From the human T2T-CHM13v2.0 reference genome, Homo sapiens: a stretch of 64,000 bases of DNA. A model generated the notes under the pieces. It was given only the letters and a program-made list of their open reading frames with translations. It was not told where the DNA came from and searched no databases. This document shows, one piece after another, positions 22,037 to 35,711 of the stretch (positions within the stretch are counted from its first letter, which is position 1; the number at the start of each line of letters is the position of its first letter). The stretch lies in assembly GCF_009914755.1 (NCBI RefSeq), contig NC_060932.1; one strand, 5' to 3'. A program made the translations under genes and the position numbers.

Positions 22037-24869
22037 TCAGGCTGCAGGGTGGCTGCCCATGGCCGGGGTGCTTTTGGATGGCCAGCTCCCCGGTTCCCAT
22101 CCTGCTCGGGCCTCTGCTTTTGAAGAGGGTCATGGTGAACGTCTGGATTTTGGGCCCTGTGTTCCCTCTGATGAGCTGGACTCTGGGCTCCAGTCCCCAC
22201 TCCCCCCGCCCCCCACCCTGCTCTCAGGAAATGAGCCTTGTGCCCAGACTGGGCGCCTTCCCTGACCCTGCGACTCAGGCCCTTCTCTGTGGGGGGCGTG
22301 AGAGCCTTGAGCCTGGCAGGAAACTAGGTAGCAGATCCACAAACACAAAGGGACAATTGGCCGTCATGATAGCGATGGTGGTGACGGCAGTATCTTCATG
22401 ACAGTGGCCCCGCAGCAGGGCACGGAGCCACCTTGTGCTGTTCCTCACAAGGGCCGGCCATGGGGTGCAAGGGCTGCAAGTGAGAAACTCTGCAGACCCC
22501 AGCCAGACCTGGGGGAGCCCCGTCTCCAAAGGCCCTGCTTGGTGTGGCAGGTGGGATTAAGGTTGGCGGTCGGTGGAGGAGCAGGTGGGGCTTCCTGGAG
22601 GGGAGGGAGGAGAGACCCCACTGGTGGGTGGTGGGAGGGGCAGCAGGTCTCAGGCGGGAGTCACGGCTAAAGGCCAGTTCTGGGTGGGGCCTCCTATCAC
22701 TGCGGGCAGGGGCAGGACAGCTGGGGATGGGCTACTGAGGGATCGTGTCTAGAAGCAGATGGTTGCTGTGTCCCGCCTGTGGGTGTCTGGGGAGTGGGCA
22801 GACTGGGCATGGTCATGGGTAGGGAAGGGGGTGTGGCCCTCTCAGACCCAGCAAAGACCCTGGGGTCCTGGCCACCAGTCCAGCCTCTGTTTCTACCAGA
22901 CACCTGTGTGTGGGACAGGTGGACAGTCAGGTCATTTGAAAATATTCTCCAAGAGGAAGCTCTTAGAATCTTTCGTCCCTTTAGCTGGGGTGGGTGGGGG
23001 GGCAACATCCTTTGATTCAGAGTTTTGGATCTGGGGTCCTGGGCAGCTCCAATGGCTTCACGAACCCCTAGACTTTGTGTGTGTGCAACTGCCCATGTGT
23101 GTGCCATGAGGGTCCATTGGGACTGTGAAGGGTCTGAAAACCCACGTGGGTTAGAACCACGGTGTGGTCCGGCCCCGTTCAGTGCAGATGGGGCAGGCAG
23201 CCCCCAAAGCCACGCTGAGAGTTGGAGAGTTAGAGCCAGGTCAGCTGTTGGGAAGGGCTTCTCTGCCCCCATGCCCCAGACCCTCCTTCAGGGGCAGATT
23301 TCTGTCAGAGAGACTGGGATGGGCCTCAGATGAGCCCCATCAACATCCAAAGAGAAATGGATTGTGGAAGATCCGCCTCACTTGTCCAGCTGACCATGTG
23401 TCTATCTGTCCTTCTCCAGGACCCTGGCAGAGAAGGCTGCCGGGGGGCCGGCCACCACCGTGTGGGGTTAGTTCCAGGCAGCAGCGTCCCGGTGGCTTTC
23501 ATCCTTCACCTTTGTACATCCTGGCCGTGTTTGACATCTTTACGGTGAGCTCGTGCCGTTCTATAAACATACGTCCTTTTCTTCCTTAAAGAACAGCAAA
23601 AAGTTGCCTGGAGTGACTGGAAGCAACCCTCGCAGGACATTAGCAAGGATTAGTTCTGGGCGGGAGAAAGCAGGTGACTGTTAATTTCTTCTTTCCACTG
23701 ATTTGTATTTATTATTAATTTATTTAAAAATTTTAATACAGAAACCCCTCTGCTCTCTAATTGTTCAGTCACTTGCATATCACCATCAGGCCTGTACATC
23801 AGTAGAGGCAGAAATGTGTAGCTTAATGCCAACTTCCCTTCCCAGGTTGTGGGTGCAGGGTGACAGGAGGAGAGAAGCCCTGGCGCACGCCTGCCTCATC
23901 CCTGGCTGGTCCTGGGCAGGCGTCACCAATCAATGAGGCTCTTGCTCCCCAGGAGCCTGGATGGACACCCCCTCCCCGGCCCTCTGGGCAACCGGCCCAG
24001 TGGACCAGCAGAGCAGGCAACATGGCCCCGACTGGATTGGGTCCAGACTCCTTAATTTATCCATGAAGAACCTGAAGCCCAGAGGCATAGTAATTGCCAA
24101 AGTCCCACAAGTGTTCAGGGCCAGGCTGCCCCTGGCTCAGTGTTCTTCCTGCTGGGAGCTGGGCCATGGGCTCTGCACTTCCTCACTCTGCATTTGGGTC
24201 CATCTGGTTGGGACTGCCAGGCAGGGTGAGGGAAGCCTCCCAGCACTGTCCACCGTCCGGGGGAATACTTAATGTGTCATGTCCTCCACCTGGGCAGGGG
24301 CAGGGCAGGGGTGAAACACCTCCCTGCCCACCAGAGCTGCCTCCCCCAGAGTCCCAGACCCAGGAACCAGCCCCCGCCCCACCCTGAAGCCTGCCAGGAC
24401 CCAGCCCTTACCAAGGGGCCCAGGGGTTGTAGCTCAGAGGCGTGGGATGCGGACCCCCGACCACCTAGCTGGCAGGGGGCAGAGTCCGGACTCAGACCCA
24501 GGACCACCCATGCCAGCACACAGCCCCTTCCCCACAGGCGCCTGTGGAGCAAGTCAGGAGGCAGGACACAGCCTTGAGGACTGCAGGTCTGATGAGGACA
24601 GTATCTGCCCTGGGGACCCTGATCTGAGGGAGGAGGCAACAAAAAATGACTCATCAACGGGGTGATGGGGACATTTTGGGATGGCAAATTTGGATCTCAA
24701 CCCGGGCCCCACCGCCTCCCACCAGAAGCAGTTACTTAGCCTCCCTGTGCCTCAGTTTCCCCATCTGCATAGTGAGGACAGCAATGTTTGGGGCCGTGTG
24801 AGGAGTAAATGAGGCAACAGTTGTGGTTTGGGTCTGGTCCGTGGCTGTGTGGGGTCAAGTGAGCCCGTG

Positions 24870-25345
<476 letters not shown>

Positions 25346-26434
25346 CCTGAGCCGGCCTTTGGCTCTTGCGCACACACTGAGATGCCGGTTCGAGTGGATA
25401 CAGGGGGTCAGCCCACTTGTTTCCCACGGCCAGCCTCCAGTTGGGCTCACATTGAGTAACTGTCTGAGCCCAGTCCCAGGTAGACATCGTCAGTTTCCAC
25501 GTGTTCCTTCATTCACTCAGGAACAAATGGGCTTTACTTTATCCGAGGCCTTGTAGATAATTATTTTTTCCCTCTGTAAACCAAGTCCTGCTTAAATCCC
25601 ATCCAAATCCCTCCAGCCAGAGCCCATGCTGCCTGCGAGCCTGCTCCCCATCTCCGGCTGAGCAGGTTTGTTTAAGGCTGGGCTGACACTTCTTCTCCCC
25701 GCGCCTTGGTGTGTTTACACTGGGGCCATCAGCAGAAACTGCAGGTGCGGCAGGGAGGCTGGAGACAGGGCAGGGACCATGGGGGTTTCAGGGCGTCCTT
25801 TCCACACAGTGTCTCAGGTCGCCCTGTTCCCAGCCTCGTCCTCGTTCTCGTTCCCACAGGCGAGGCCTTGGAGGTCACTCAGGACAGGGGAAGTGCTGAG
25901 GCGAGGCCTCAGGCTGCTAAGTGGAGTGAGCCCAGGAAGGCTTTTTGAGTGGGGGACGCCCGAATTGGTTTTCTGTGAAGACCAGGGAGCAAACGTGCCT
26001 GCCATGGAGTGAACGGCAGGACCCGCAGGGAAAACCTCAGGCAGCGGCTTGAAATACCATGGCCGTCCATGGAGGGGGCTGGTCAGATGCTGGCGGTGTG
26101 GGCAGAGGAGGCTCTGGGCCACTGCCTGAGTGTGAGTCCTGCCACCACCACCTGATGGCTGAGTGACCTTGGGCACGTTACTTAACTTCCCCATACCTCG
26201 GTTGCCTCATCTCTCAAGGGAGTAATCATATTAACTTCTCAGGGTCATTGCAAGGGTGAAATCATCTAGAGACACAGAGCCTAGAATACCATACTCAGGA
26301 GTTTGTGCTCTGCCCTATAGGCAGTGGGGAGTTATGGCGAGTGGTTGAATAGTGCTGGAGCTGGGCTTTCTGAGGGTCTGAGCTCCCAAAGCCTTTTCTG
26401 TATGGCTGGGTTGTGAGGCTTTTATATTGTCACT

Positions 26435-26750
26435 GCTGACCAATCACAGATTGGCTACCCTTCCTCCTGGCCAGTGATTGGTTTAGGGTGGGTTAGCCTA
26501 GCCAGCTTTGGGCCAATGACAGGTGACCAGAGGCTTATTGTGGGTTCTGAGCTCCCTCCTGTCCCCGGATAGACAGGCAGCCTTTTTGTGAGCATGAGGG
26601 GAACCTGCCTGAGAATGATGGTGGGGAAAATCTTAGAGAGGCACAGCTGGGTGTGGTCACCCTGTCCTGGAGCCCACAGTCCCTCTGCACTTCCCGTTAT
26701 GTGAGTTCCTAAATTTCCTCACTGGGAAGCCTGGGATTCTGTCACTTGCT
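26435..26750 (+). mobile_element. Ancient ERVL LTR (LTR16-like) fragment
   Basis: ccaatca...ggccagtgattggtttagggtggg...gggccaatga and a terminal ttctgtcacttgc motif. Family call is from memory. Confidence 0.5.
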
Positions 26751-26789
26751 TCTCAAAGTACCCAGTGTCCACATGGCAGAGTGTCCTCC

Positions 26790-27050
26790 TAGAGCCCACA
26801 TCTGATTGCATCCCTCCCTGCTGAAAACCGTCAGGGGCTCCCACCCCTTGATGAGGAAGCACAGTGCTTCACCCCATAGCCTGTGCCTCCCACTGCGGGT
26901 TCTGCCGGCCCCTGACTGTCCTTGAACACACCAGGCACACATCTGCTGTGGGGCCTTCGCGCTGCTCCTCCCTTGGCCAGGAGCATTCTTCCTTTAGGCC
27001 GGTCACTGCTCACCTCATTGAGGGCCGAGCTCAAATGTTGGCCCCTCAGG
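26790..27050 (+). mobile_element. L2 LINE 3' fragment
   Basis: ccttgaacacaccaggcac...ggggccttcgcgctgctcctccc, a typical L2 3' segment. Confidence 0.55.
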
Positions 27051-27499
27051 GCAGGTGGGTGGCCAGGACCATCTGGGTTTGCTGCAGCCACACACACCCC
27101 TGATTCTTCTGTGGCCTTATTGATGGAGGTGTGGGTCTCGCTCACGCCATGAATTGCTGGTCGGTGTGGTGGGGGATGGGTCTCTTGCTCCTTGGTGGCT
27201 CGGGGACCTGAATGACAGAGGCTCCGCCATTGCCTGCAGCCGGTGCTGTCTCAACACAAGGCCTCAGGTCCCCTGTGGTGGGGGAGAGTGGAAGAACAGG
27301 GCACCAGTTCCTAAAAGCTTTGTCCCTGAAGTGTCCATCACATTCATCTCTTCTACTCGCATTCCAAGGACCACAGTCAGTGGTGGTGGCCATGCCTAAT
27401 ATGAGGGGGCATGACCCCAAGCCTGGAAGGGGCCTGGCACACAGCAGTGGCTTCCTGGCCATCCAGTCCCCGTGAGCGGTCTCTCCCCTCCACAGCGGC

Positions 27500-28315
<816 letters not shown>

Positions 28316-28444
28316 GCCTCATCCCATTGCATTCCTTCTATAACTGATCCCCCTCCGCAGTTACTTGCTCCCAACGTGCCTCTGTTTCCCTCTCTGTGAA
28401 CTGGGCATGTTGCTGATCTCCAGTTATGAGCAGTGTCTCTCTTA

Positions 28445-29790
28445 GGTGGTGTGTTCTGCAGGGAGGGGAAGCAGCCGCTGCCCCTGCACGCGCCTGGCCA
28501 TGCTCACAGCATCTTCCCGTCGCTCCTTGACTTGTTCACTGACCCCTCCCTGATGTGGCCGGAGGACGGGGCCTGGTATCACCTTGTCCTGTGCAGGCCT
28601 GACACGTAGAAGGTGTTTGGCTGATGCTTGCTAGTATAGGAATAAGCTAGTTCTCTAACCTGGAGTTCCTCCCTGTGAGGTTTTGTTTGCAAGAAAAAAT
28701 CTGCTGCTAAGCCAGCTGTGGAGGCACATGCCACAGTCCTAGCTACTCTGGAGGCTGAGGCAGGAGGAGCGCTTGAGCCCGGGAGTTTAAGGCTGCAGTG
28801 AGCCATGCTCGCACCGCTGCACTCCAGCCTGGGCAACAGAGCCAGACCCTGTCTCTTAAACAAACAAACAAACAAACAAACAAACACCCTGCTGCTAAAA
28901 CATGTGGAAAGTGTGATGGACGCCACACTGGCAGTTTTGCTTCCTCAGCCAGCACCTCCCACATGCTCCCAGGGTCAGAGGTCAGGGATCAGGCTGGCTC
29001 CTGGTAGGGGGCTCTGTGTGCCCTGGCAAGTCGCCCCTCCCTGGGCCAGGAGCGAGGTGAGGGTGTCCACAGCAACAGGCTGTGTTTGGACACAAGCGGG
29101 GTGGGGCTGCACCACACGGGGCTCTTCCTGTGCCTTATAAATCAGCTCCCAAGAGCATTCCCCAAAAGGAGTTTCAGCTGCTCCCGAGCCCAGGACAGCA
29201 GGCTGGTCTCCCCTCCGGTGAGAAATCTCCTCTCCCGTCTACCACCCCAGGAGTTCCCCAGAGAGGCTCGGTTATCCTCCAAGGAGGGGATACTCGCTGC
29301 CTTGCCGAGATCGGAATCCACTTTTGCCTGTTCTCTAAGCCCTGCTGGAGATGTGGGAGTGCCCCTGCCCCACAGCCTGTTCCGAACTCACTTGGGCCAT
29401 CGCCCAGCTCCAGCCTGTCTCTCAGTGTGAACCCCGAGAGCATCTTCTGCACCCAGGTGGATGGGTGGCTAACAGCATGGGCATCAGGGGCTCCTGGCTT
29501 TGCTTCCCCGCGCCTGCATTTCCTTGCTGTTTGGCTTTGGGTGATCTGCAGGAAGGAGGACTGCCACCGCCATGGCACGCGCCTGGCCTCTCCACTGGCA
29601 CCTTCCTGTTGTTCCTTCCCTTGTTCGCCAACCCCTCCCTGATGTGGCCGGAGGACAGGGTCTGGTGTCGCCTTGTCCTGGCACAGGCCTGGCAGGCAGA
29701 AGGTGTCTGACTGATGCTTGCTGGATAGAGGAATAAACTAGAGCTAGATCTTGGGGCTCCCTGTGGGGTTTTGTTTGCAAGAAGAAATCC
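28445..29790. repeat. Dispersed direct repeat of ~250 bp (about 28445-28701 and 29535-29790)
   Basis: Shared acccctccctgatgtggccggaggac and ggttttgtttgcaagaa blocks about 1.08 kb apart. Confidence 0.85.
28711..28888 (+). mobile_element. Alu right-arm monomer (FRAM or truncated AluJ) with an (AAAC)n tail
   Basis: Right-arm sequence only, with a 10-bp TSD ctgctgctaa at 28701-28710 and 28889-28898. Confidence 0.85.
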
Positions 29791-30869
29791 CCTTCTCTGC
29801 AGCTCCCTGGGGCTCTGTCATTGCAGAGGGGGACTGGGATGACTGGGGAGGCACGCGCCCTGCTGAGGGCAGCCACTTCTCCAGCCCAGCAGGCTGTAAT
29901 CCGACATCCACAGGGATTATCCTGGTAACTGGTGGTGCATGGCCCCTGTGCTGAGAGGGCTGCAGTGTGCACGCCCCGTTTAGAGCATCGTATGGGTTCA
30001 GCATGTGTCCGCGGATGGGTGCTTGAGGAGCACCTGTCAGACGGGTGCCTGTCAGGCCATATTTTTGGCAATGGTAGCTTCCCGGGAATGAGGGATTTTT
30101 CCTGGGATAAAGGCCCCCGTGGAGGGTGGTCAGCAGCCCTGAGGACGTGGTATGAGACCCACAGCCTTCCTTGACTCCAGAGCGGCCAGGAAGCTGGGAC
30201 TCCAGCAAGCTGTGCTGCCCCCACCAGTGCCTGTGTTCCCTGCATCTCACATGGAGCCTCACTCAACTCCTGTCCCTGAGTGCCCACTGGTGGGGACGAG
30301 GGAGATGGCAACTGTGGATGGATCCCAGGCCAGTGGAGAAGACAGACCCACACGCCAGGAGGATGAGGGGTTGTCAGGTTCGGGGGGCCTGGAGGCTGCC
30401 TCCTGCAGGCCCTGTCCCACGTGAGAGGGTCGGGACCTCAGGTTCCTCAGCCTGGACCTGCCGTGTCTTGGGCAGCATCCAGTGTTTGGGCCCCACGACC
30501 TCCAGGGAGGGTCACTTGTTCTGTGGCTGCCCTCTGTCCCCCACCAGGCTCCCCATGGAGGGCTCAGCATGCAGGCTCAGCACACATCAGGCATGGAGGC
30601 CCTGGCCCCACGTTCCCTGCTGCTGGGCAGTGCACAGCCTGCCTGAGCCTGGGTCCCTGGGTGGGGCCAGCTGCCCCCGCCCTCTTCTGGGCCTGGTGGG
30701 GACATTTGGACCCTCTGCATTGTTGCATCCCTAGATTCAGCCCTGCTCTGCTCCCTGTGGGGACACCAATCTCCCTTCCTCAGCCTCCCAACAGGCCTCA
30801 TCTGCTGAGGAACGGGAGGCGTGGGGCCCAGGCACCAGGCCCGTCTCTTGTCCCTTCCCAGAACATCTT

Positions 30870-31052
30870 CTGCCTCCTCCCCTTCTCATCTTCCCCTTCA
30901 CCTCCTCCCTCCTTTCTCCCTCCCTCTCTCTCTTTCCCTTCCCCCTCCCTCCCTCTTTTTCCCTTCTCCCTCCTCCCCTTCTTCCTTCTGTTCCTCGCTC
31001 TCCTCCCCCTGTCTCCTCTTTGCCTTCCTCATCATCTCTCCTCTCTCGTCCT
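30870..31052. repeat. CT-rich low-complexity polypyrimidine tract
   Basis: About 180 bp that is almost entirely C/T. Confidence 0.9.
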
Positions 31053-34000
31053 CAGCTCAGGGACCTTCACTGAATCTGGAAAAAACAGGAGAAACAGCCT
31101 CATCACAAATTCTCCAAATTGTTCTTGGATTGAGGGTTGGGAACTTCAATGCCAGAAACAGTGTCATTTTCCTGGTTTGGCAAGGGTCTCTGAGCCCTGT
31201 GGGCCCCTCCAGGGTCTAAGAGGTCCCCAGAAAACAAGGTGGGATGAAAGCCTTCTGTCAATACCCTTGCCCAGAGGTACACGTGAGGGCTTCAGGACAG
31301 GAGGCAGGAGCCTCACTCCTGGGTCCCTGGTGGGCCAGGGGTACAGGGGAGAGCGGCGTTCTGAACCTGTGTGGGTCGGGGGGTTGGGCAGGCCCCGGTG
31401 GAAGGCCACTCCCCACTCTCCCTGGAGACCTCCCGTGGGGTCTCCCCCTCTGAAGATACAGGTTTTCCTAAGTCACACTGAGGGGCGGGCTTGCTGAGGC
31501 CCAGCTGGGGGTCTTCCTGCAGACCAGCCTGTCACTCCCCACTTGCCAGTGGTCTGGGCTGCAGCTGGGGAGGGCTTCTGCTCTGGGTCTCAGGACCTGG
31601 TGGGGGCAACTCATGGAGCAGGCTCTCCCTGCATTGGTGGGGGTGAAAGGACAGGCCCTTCCAGGCTGATCTCTGGGGGAGGGTCCTGACCCCTGGGAGC
31701 CCTGGGTGCTGAGGAGGCCTCTCCCAGGGCCATAGTCTCCATGGATGGAAGTAGGGGGTGGTGGCTGGGCCAGCCCCCGACACCCACCAGCTGCCAGGCC
31801 TGCTCTGAGAGTCCCCGATCCCTCCACCACCCTTGAGGCCACACCCAGCTGTGGTGTCCCAAAGCCCTGCTCTTGGGGCGGACAGGGAGCACGGTTCTAC
31901 TTTCCCCACCAGCCGCTCCAGGCCGGCTCTGCTGGACCCTGCAGTGCAGAGAGGACGGAGCTGGACCCCACCTTGATGGGCCACAGGATGGGGGCACATC
32001 AGACGCACGAGAGGTCTCCCTTTGGCCATGCCATGTGTGCGGGAGCCTCAGTCAAGCTGTGAACACACTCAGCCTCAAAGGACTGAGCGGAGGGCCCCGC
32101 GCTTGCAGATCGCATCCTCCTTCACCGGGATTGTGGGGTGAGGAGCAGACCCCGGCTGCGGCTCTGCCTCTTGCCCTGAATGGGGTGCTGCAGGGCTGGC
32201 ATGTGGACGCTTTTTGCTGGAGTATCCCCTGAATCCCAGCAGATGAGGAAGCCAGGTAGGGACCCGCAGGCAGGACCTGATACAGAATTTCAGGGCCCTG
32301 GGGCAAAGTGGAAATGCAGGCCTCTCATTCAAAAATGTTCAACGTCGCCCTACAGCAACAGCAGAGCATTCAACCGGGCTGAGGGTGGTGCCCGTGACCT
32401 GTGCCCAGCTCGTACCCAGTGCAGCGGCCCTGCCCCACAGGCCCCACGAGGGGGCGCCCGTGTGGCGTGCCTGAGGCCCGCTCCTCGCAAGCTTGCCTGC
32501 CCCGACCCTCCCGGCATCCTCAATGCCGCAGCGTGGGTGTCCCGGCCTCCTCACTGGCGGAAGCATCTATGGACGGTGGTCCTCCAGGAGCTGGGGGTCA
32601 CAAGTGCAATGGCAGGTGCCAGATGGGGCTGAGGCCAGCAGGGCTGTGTGTGGTGGGACACCTGGCCACGGTCACCCCCAGGGAGGCCCCGTCATCCCCA
32701 GGAGACACCCTAGCTCTTGCCTGGGACCCCAGCACCAGGCCACAGGGTCCCTGCTGACTCCCCCATCCTCCCTCCGCCAAGGCGCCCCTCCTGCCTGCTG
32801 AGCTCCAGCCTCTTTCCTCCAGGAAGAACGCTTGGCCGGCAGGTCCCTGCTCAGATGCAGTGCCTGGGACGTGCCTCCTGGATGCCCCCACGACAGTAGC
32901 TGCAGCACTGTCTAGGGGGGCTCCCGCTGCAGGTCCCAGTGATGCCTGGCACAGGTGCTCAATGAAAGTTTGCCAAACTCAGGGGCAGGGGGAGCCAGGA
33001 GCGCTTTCAGCTGCCAATGGGCGACACAGCTAGAGCATCCAGGCTTAGGGTAGCCCCACTGCTGCAAAGGTCCCAGCTCAGTGTCCCACCAAACTCCCAC
33101 ACCCTACCTCACTGGTGGTCTCAGAAGTCCAGGTCAGGCACTGCCATACCTCCACCCCAGCCCCCAAGGGGCCGGAGCTCAGCCTGCAGTGGCCTTCCCT
33201 CATCCTTGTAGGTGGCACCAGCTGCAGGCTTGGGAAGCCGCCCCACCCTGCCCACACCAAGTCAGGGCAGGCCTGGGTGCCCCACAGAACACAGTGAGGT
33301 GGCACTGGGTGGCCTCTGAGGTCAGATCACACGTGTCTTGCTCTCCTGGGTAGCTCCTTGTGGGGGAGGCCAGCCCCAGCACTGGGAGGACACCCAAGCA
33401 TCCCTACAGAGGGGCGTCTTGAGGAAGACTCTGAAGCAGCAGCTAATAACCTGCATGGCCTGGCCAGCTGGGACAGTGAGAGGGTTCCGAAGGGGATCCC
33501 CCAGCCGCAGTCGGGCCCTTGCATGTCTGGAACCCTGGCCATCTGACTGCATCTCATGAGACCCCAGCCAGAGAACCGCCCCGCCCAGCCACTCAGAACT
33601 CTTGACCACAGACGCGGAGAGAGAGCAGGTTTTACAGGCACAACTAATACACAAATGAAAATGTCACCATCACAGTAGCGTGGCTGCATTAACGAAACTA
33701 GGGGAAGGAGGGAAATGAAAATGACTTTCCCAGCTCCTGCACGCCAATCCCCCGAGTCCTGGCCTCCCTCAAGCCCTGCTTCCTCTTCGCATCAGGGGCG
33801 TGGCTGCTTACGCTGGTTCCCTCGATAGCAGAGCCTGAGATAGGGACATTGGTGCAGGTGGTTTATTTGTGATGACCAGGTGAGGGAGCCAACACAGGTG
33901 TGTTATGGAGGTCTCAGCTGGTTTCAGGACCTCCTGAGAAGTGTGCCGGACACCTGAGGAAGGTCCTTCTGCAGATGGGAGGCAGGTGTATCCGCCAGAG

Positions 34001-35404
34001 CCCTGCCACACTGCGGAGGGCTGGCCCTCCTCTGCCCTTCAGGGCTTGGTACACACGGAAGGCAGGCACTGAGGAGGAGGGTCCAAGCTCGCTCAGAATG
34101 GGCCACTGCCACTGAAATCAGGGAACAGAGGGGACGTGAAGTGGCCCAGAGAGCATCGTTCCGCACACTTACTCTCTTCCTAGATGTATACTCCTGCACC
34201 CCGCTCCTGTTTACCTAACTAACCACTGAACAACAAGCTCTTTTTTATTTTGTTTGACGCTCAGGGCTTGAGGAGGATTCAAAAGGACAGTCATAAAGAC
34301 ATCTACTTCTGCGCAGGCAGAAGCAACGCAGCACTTGACAGCCACCATCTTGTGGGTCTTCCCAAGAGCCCTGTGAGGTTGGAGCTATTACTATGACATT
34401 TATAGATGGGGAAACTGAGGCCAGGAGAGGTCAAAGTGTGCAGCCCAGTGATGGGGGCTCAAGAGCTGCTGCTGGTGCCATTAGCCCACCCATGCCCTCC
34501 GTGGCTGGATCTAGGTCCCCCAGCCTGGGCCCCTCCTGTAGGGCCCTGCTGGGCTGGAGGAGGCTTTCCAGAAATCCACTTAACGCTGACCTCGTCTTTG
34601 TCCTCCTTGGAGCTAATCTGCTAATCCTGCCAGCCCCAGTGGGCCTCACCACTGTCTAGATCGTCCTGCATGGTTGGCATCCCTCTCCAACAATCCCCCA
34701 CCTGCGGGGGCCTCCTCCTGGCCATGCCTCCAGGGCTGGGCAGGTCCAGTGACTGGGGTAGGTGGAGCTGGGATTCTTTCTGTGGAACATTCCTCAATCC
34801 TGGGGGAGATTCTGGAGTCTGGAATTCAGGAGACTGGGCCTGGCTTCTGACCCCACCTTTTCACGGCTCAGCCATCATCTCTGAGGCCCCGTTTTCTCCT
34901 CTGTAAAACACGATCACTTTGAGCTCTCTTCCGGCTATGAAATCCCAGGATTCTCCCCAAGCCTGTTCATGCCCGGCCCATTCCACTCACAGCAGTTGGA
35001 CAGCTCTGGTTTCACCGTGCCTGGGTTTGAATCTTGATTCTGCTTTCGCTTAGCTTCTGCTTCCTAATCTGCAAAATGGGGGTGTCAGGGATTCCTCTGC
35101 AGGGCTCAGTGTGGACTTGGTGGGTGGGTGTAAGTCCCTGGCATGTGGTCAGCACTCGGTGAATGTCTGAGAACTGAAATGAATCCAGCATGGAGGAGCC
35201 TCCTCCTTTGCTCCCGACTCCCTGCAGGATGGTAAGAGCGTGGGGAGGAAGGAGGCTCCAGCCTCTCGGGAGCCCACTCACCCCAGCAAATTTGGGTGGC
35301 TGGGATAGAAACCTCTCTGAGATTTTGGGCAGGAGAGGAGGAAAATAGCATGAAACAGGCAGGGGGTGTTGGTGCTGCTCAGGCTAGATGAAGCCAAACA
35401 TTTA

Positions 35405-35711
35405 TTTATTAATGCTTTTTTTTTTTTTATCTTTTTTGAGACAGGCTCTCGCTCTTTCACTTAGGCTGGGGTGCTGGCGGGATCAGGGCTTACTCTAGCC
35501 TTGTCCTCTTAGGCTCAGGTGATCCTCCCACCTCAATCTCCAAGCTGGGACTATAGGAGCATGCCACCATGACTGGCTAATTTTTTATTTTTTGTAGAGA
35601 TAGGGTCCCACTATGTTACCTAGGCTGGTCTTGAATTCCTAGGCTCAAGTGATCCTCCCGCCTCAGCCTCCCAAATTGCTGGGATTATAGTGTGAGTCAC
35701 TGTGCCCGGCC
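35405..35711 (-). mobile_element. AluJ-like
   Basis: Diverged antisense Alu with an imperfect TSD aagc(c/t)aaacattta. Confidence 0.9.

Noticed and set aside
25860-26131. Possible plus-strand cryptic exon (ttcccacAG acceptor, GTGAGT donor at 26132)
   Set aside because: No linked promoter or partner exons identified, and such site pairs occur by chance.
30421-31497. 358-aa ORF with a hydrophobic-looking middle
   Set aside because: It is the translation of a CT-rich low-complexity tract, has a non-ATG start and shows no domain.
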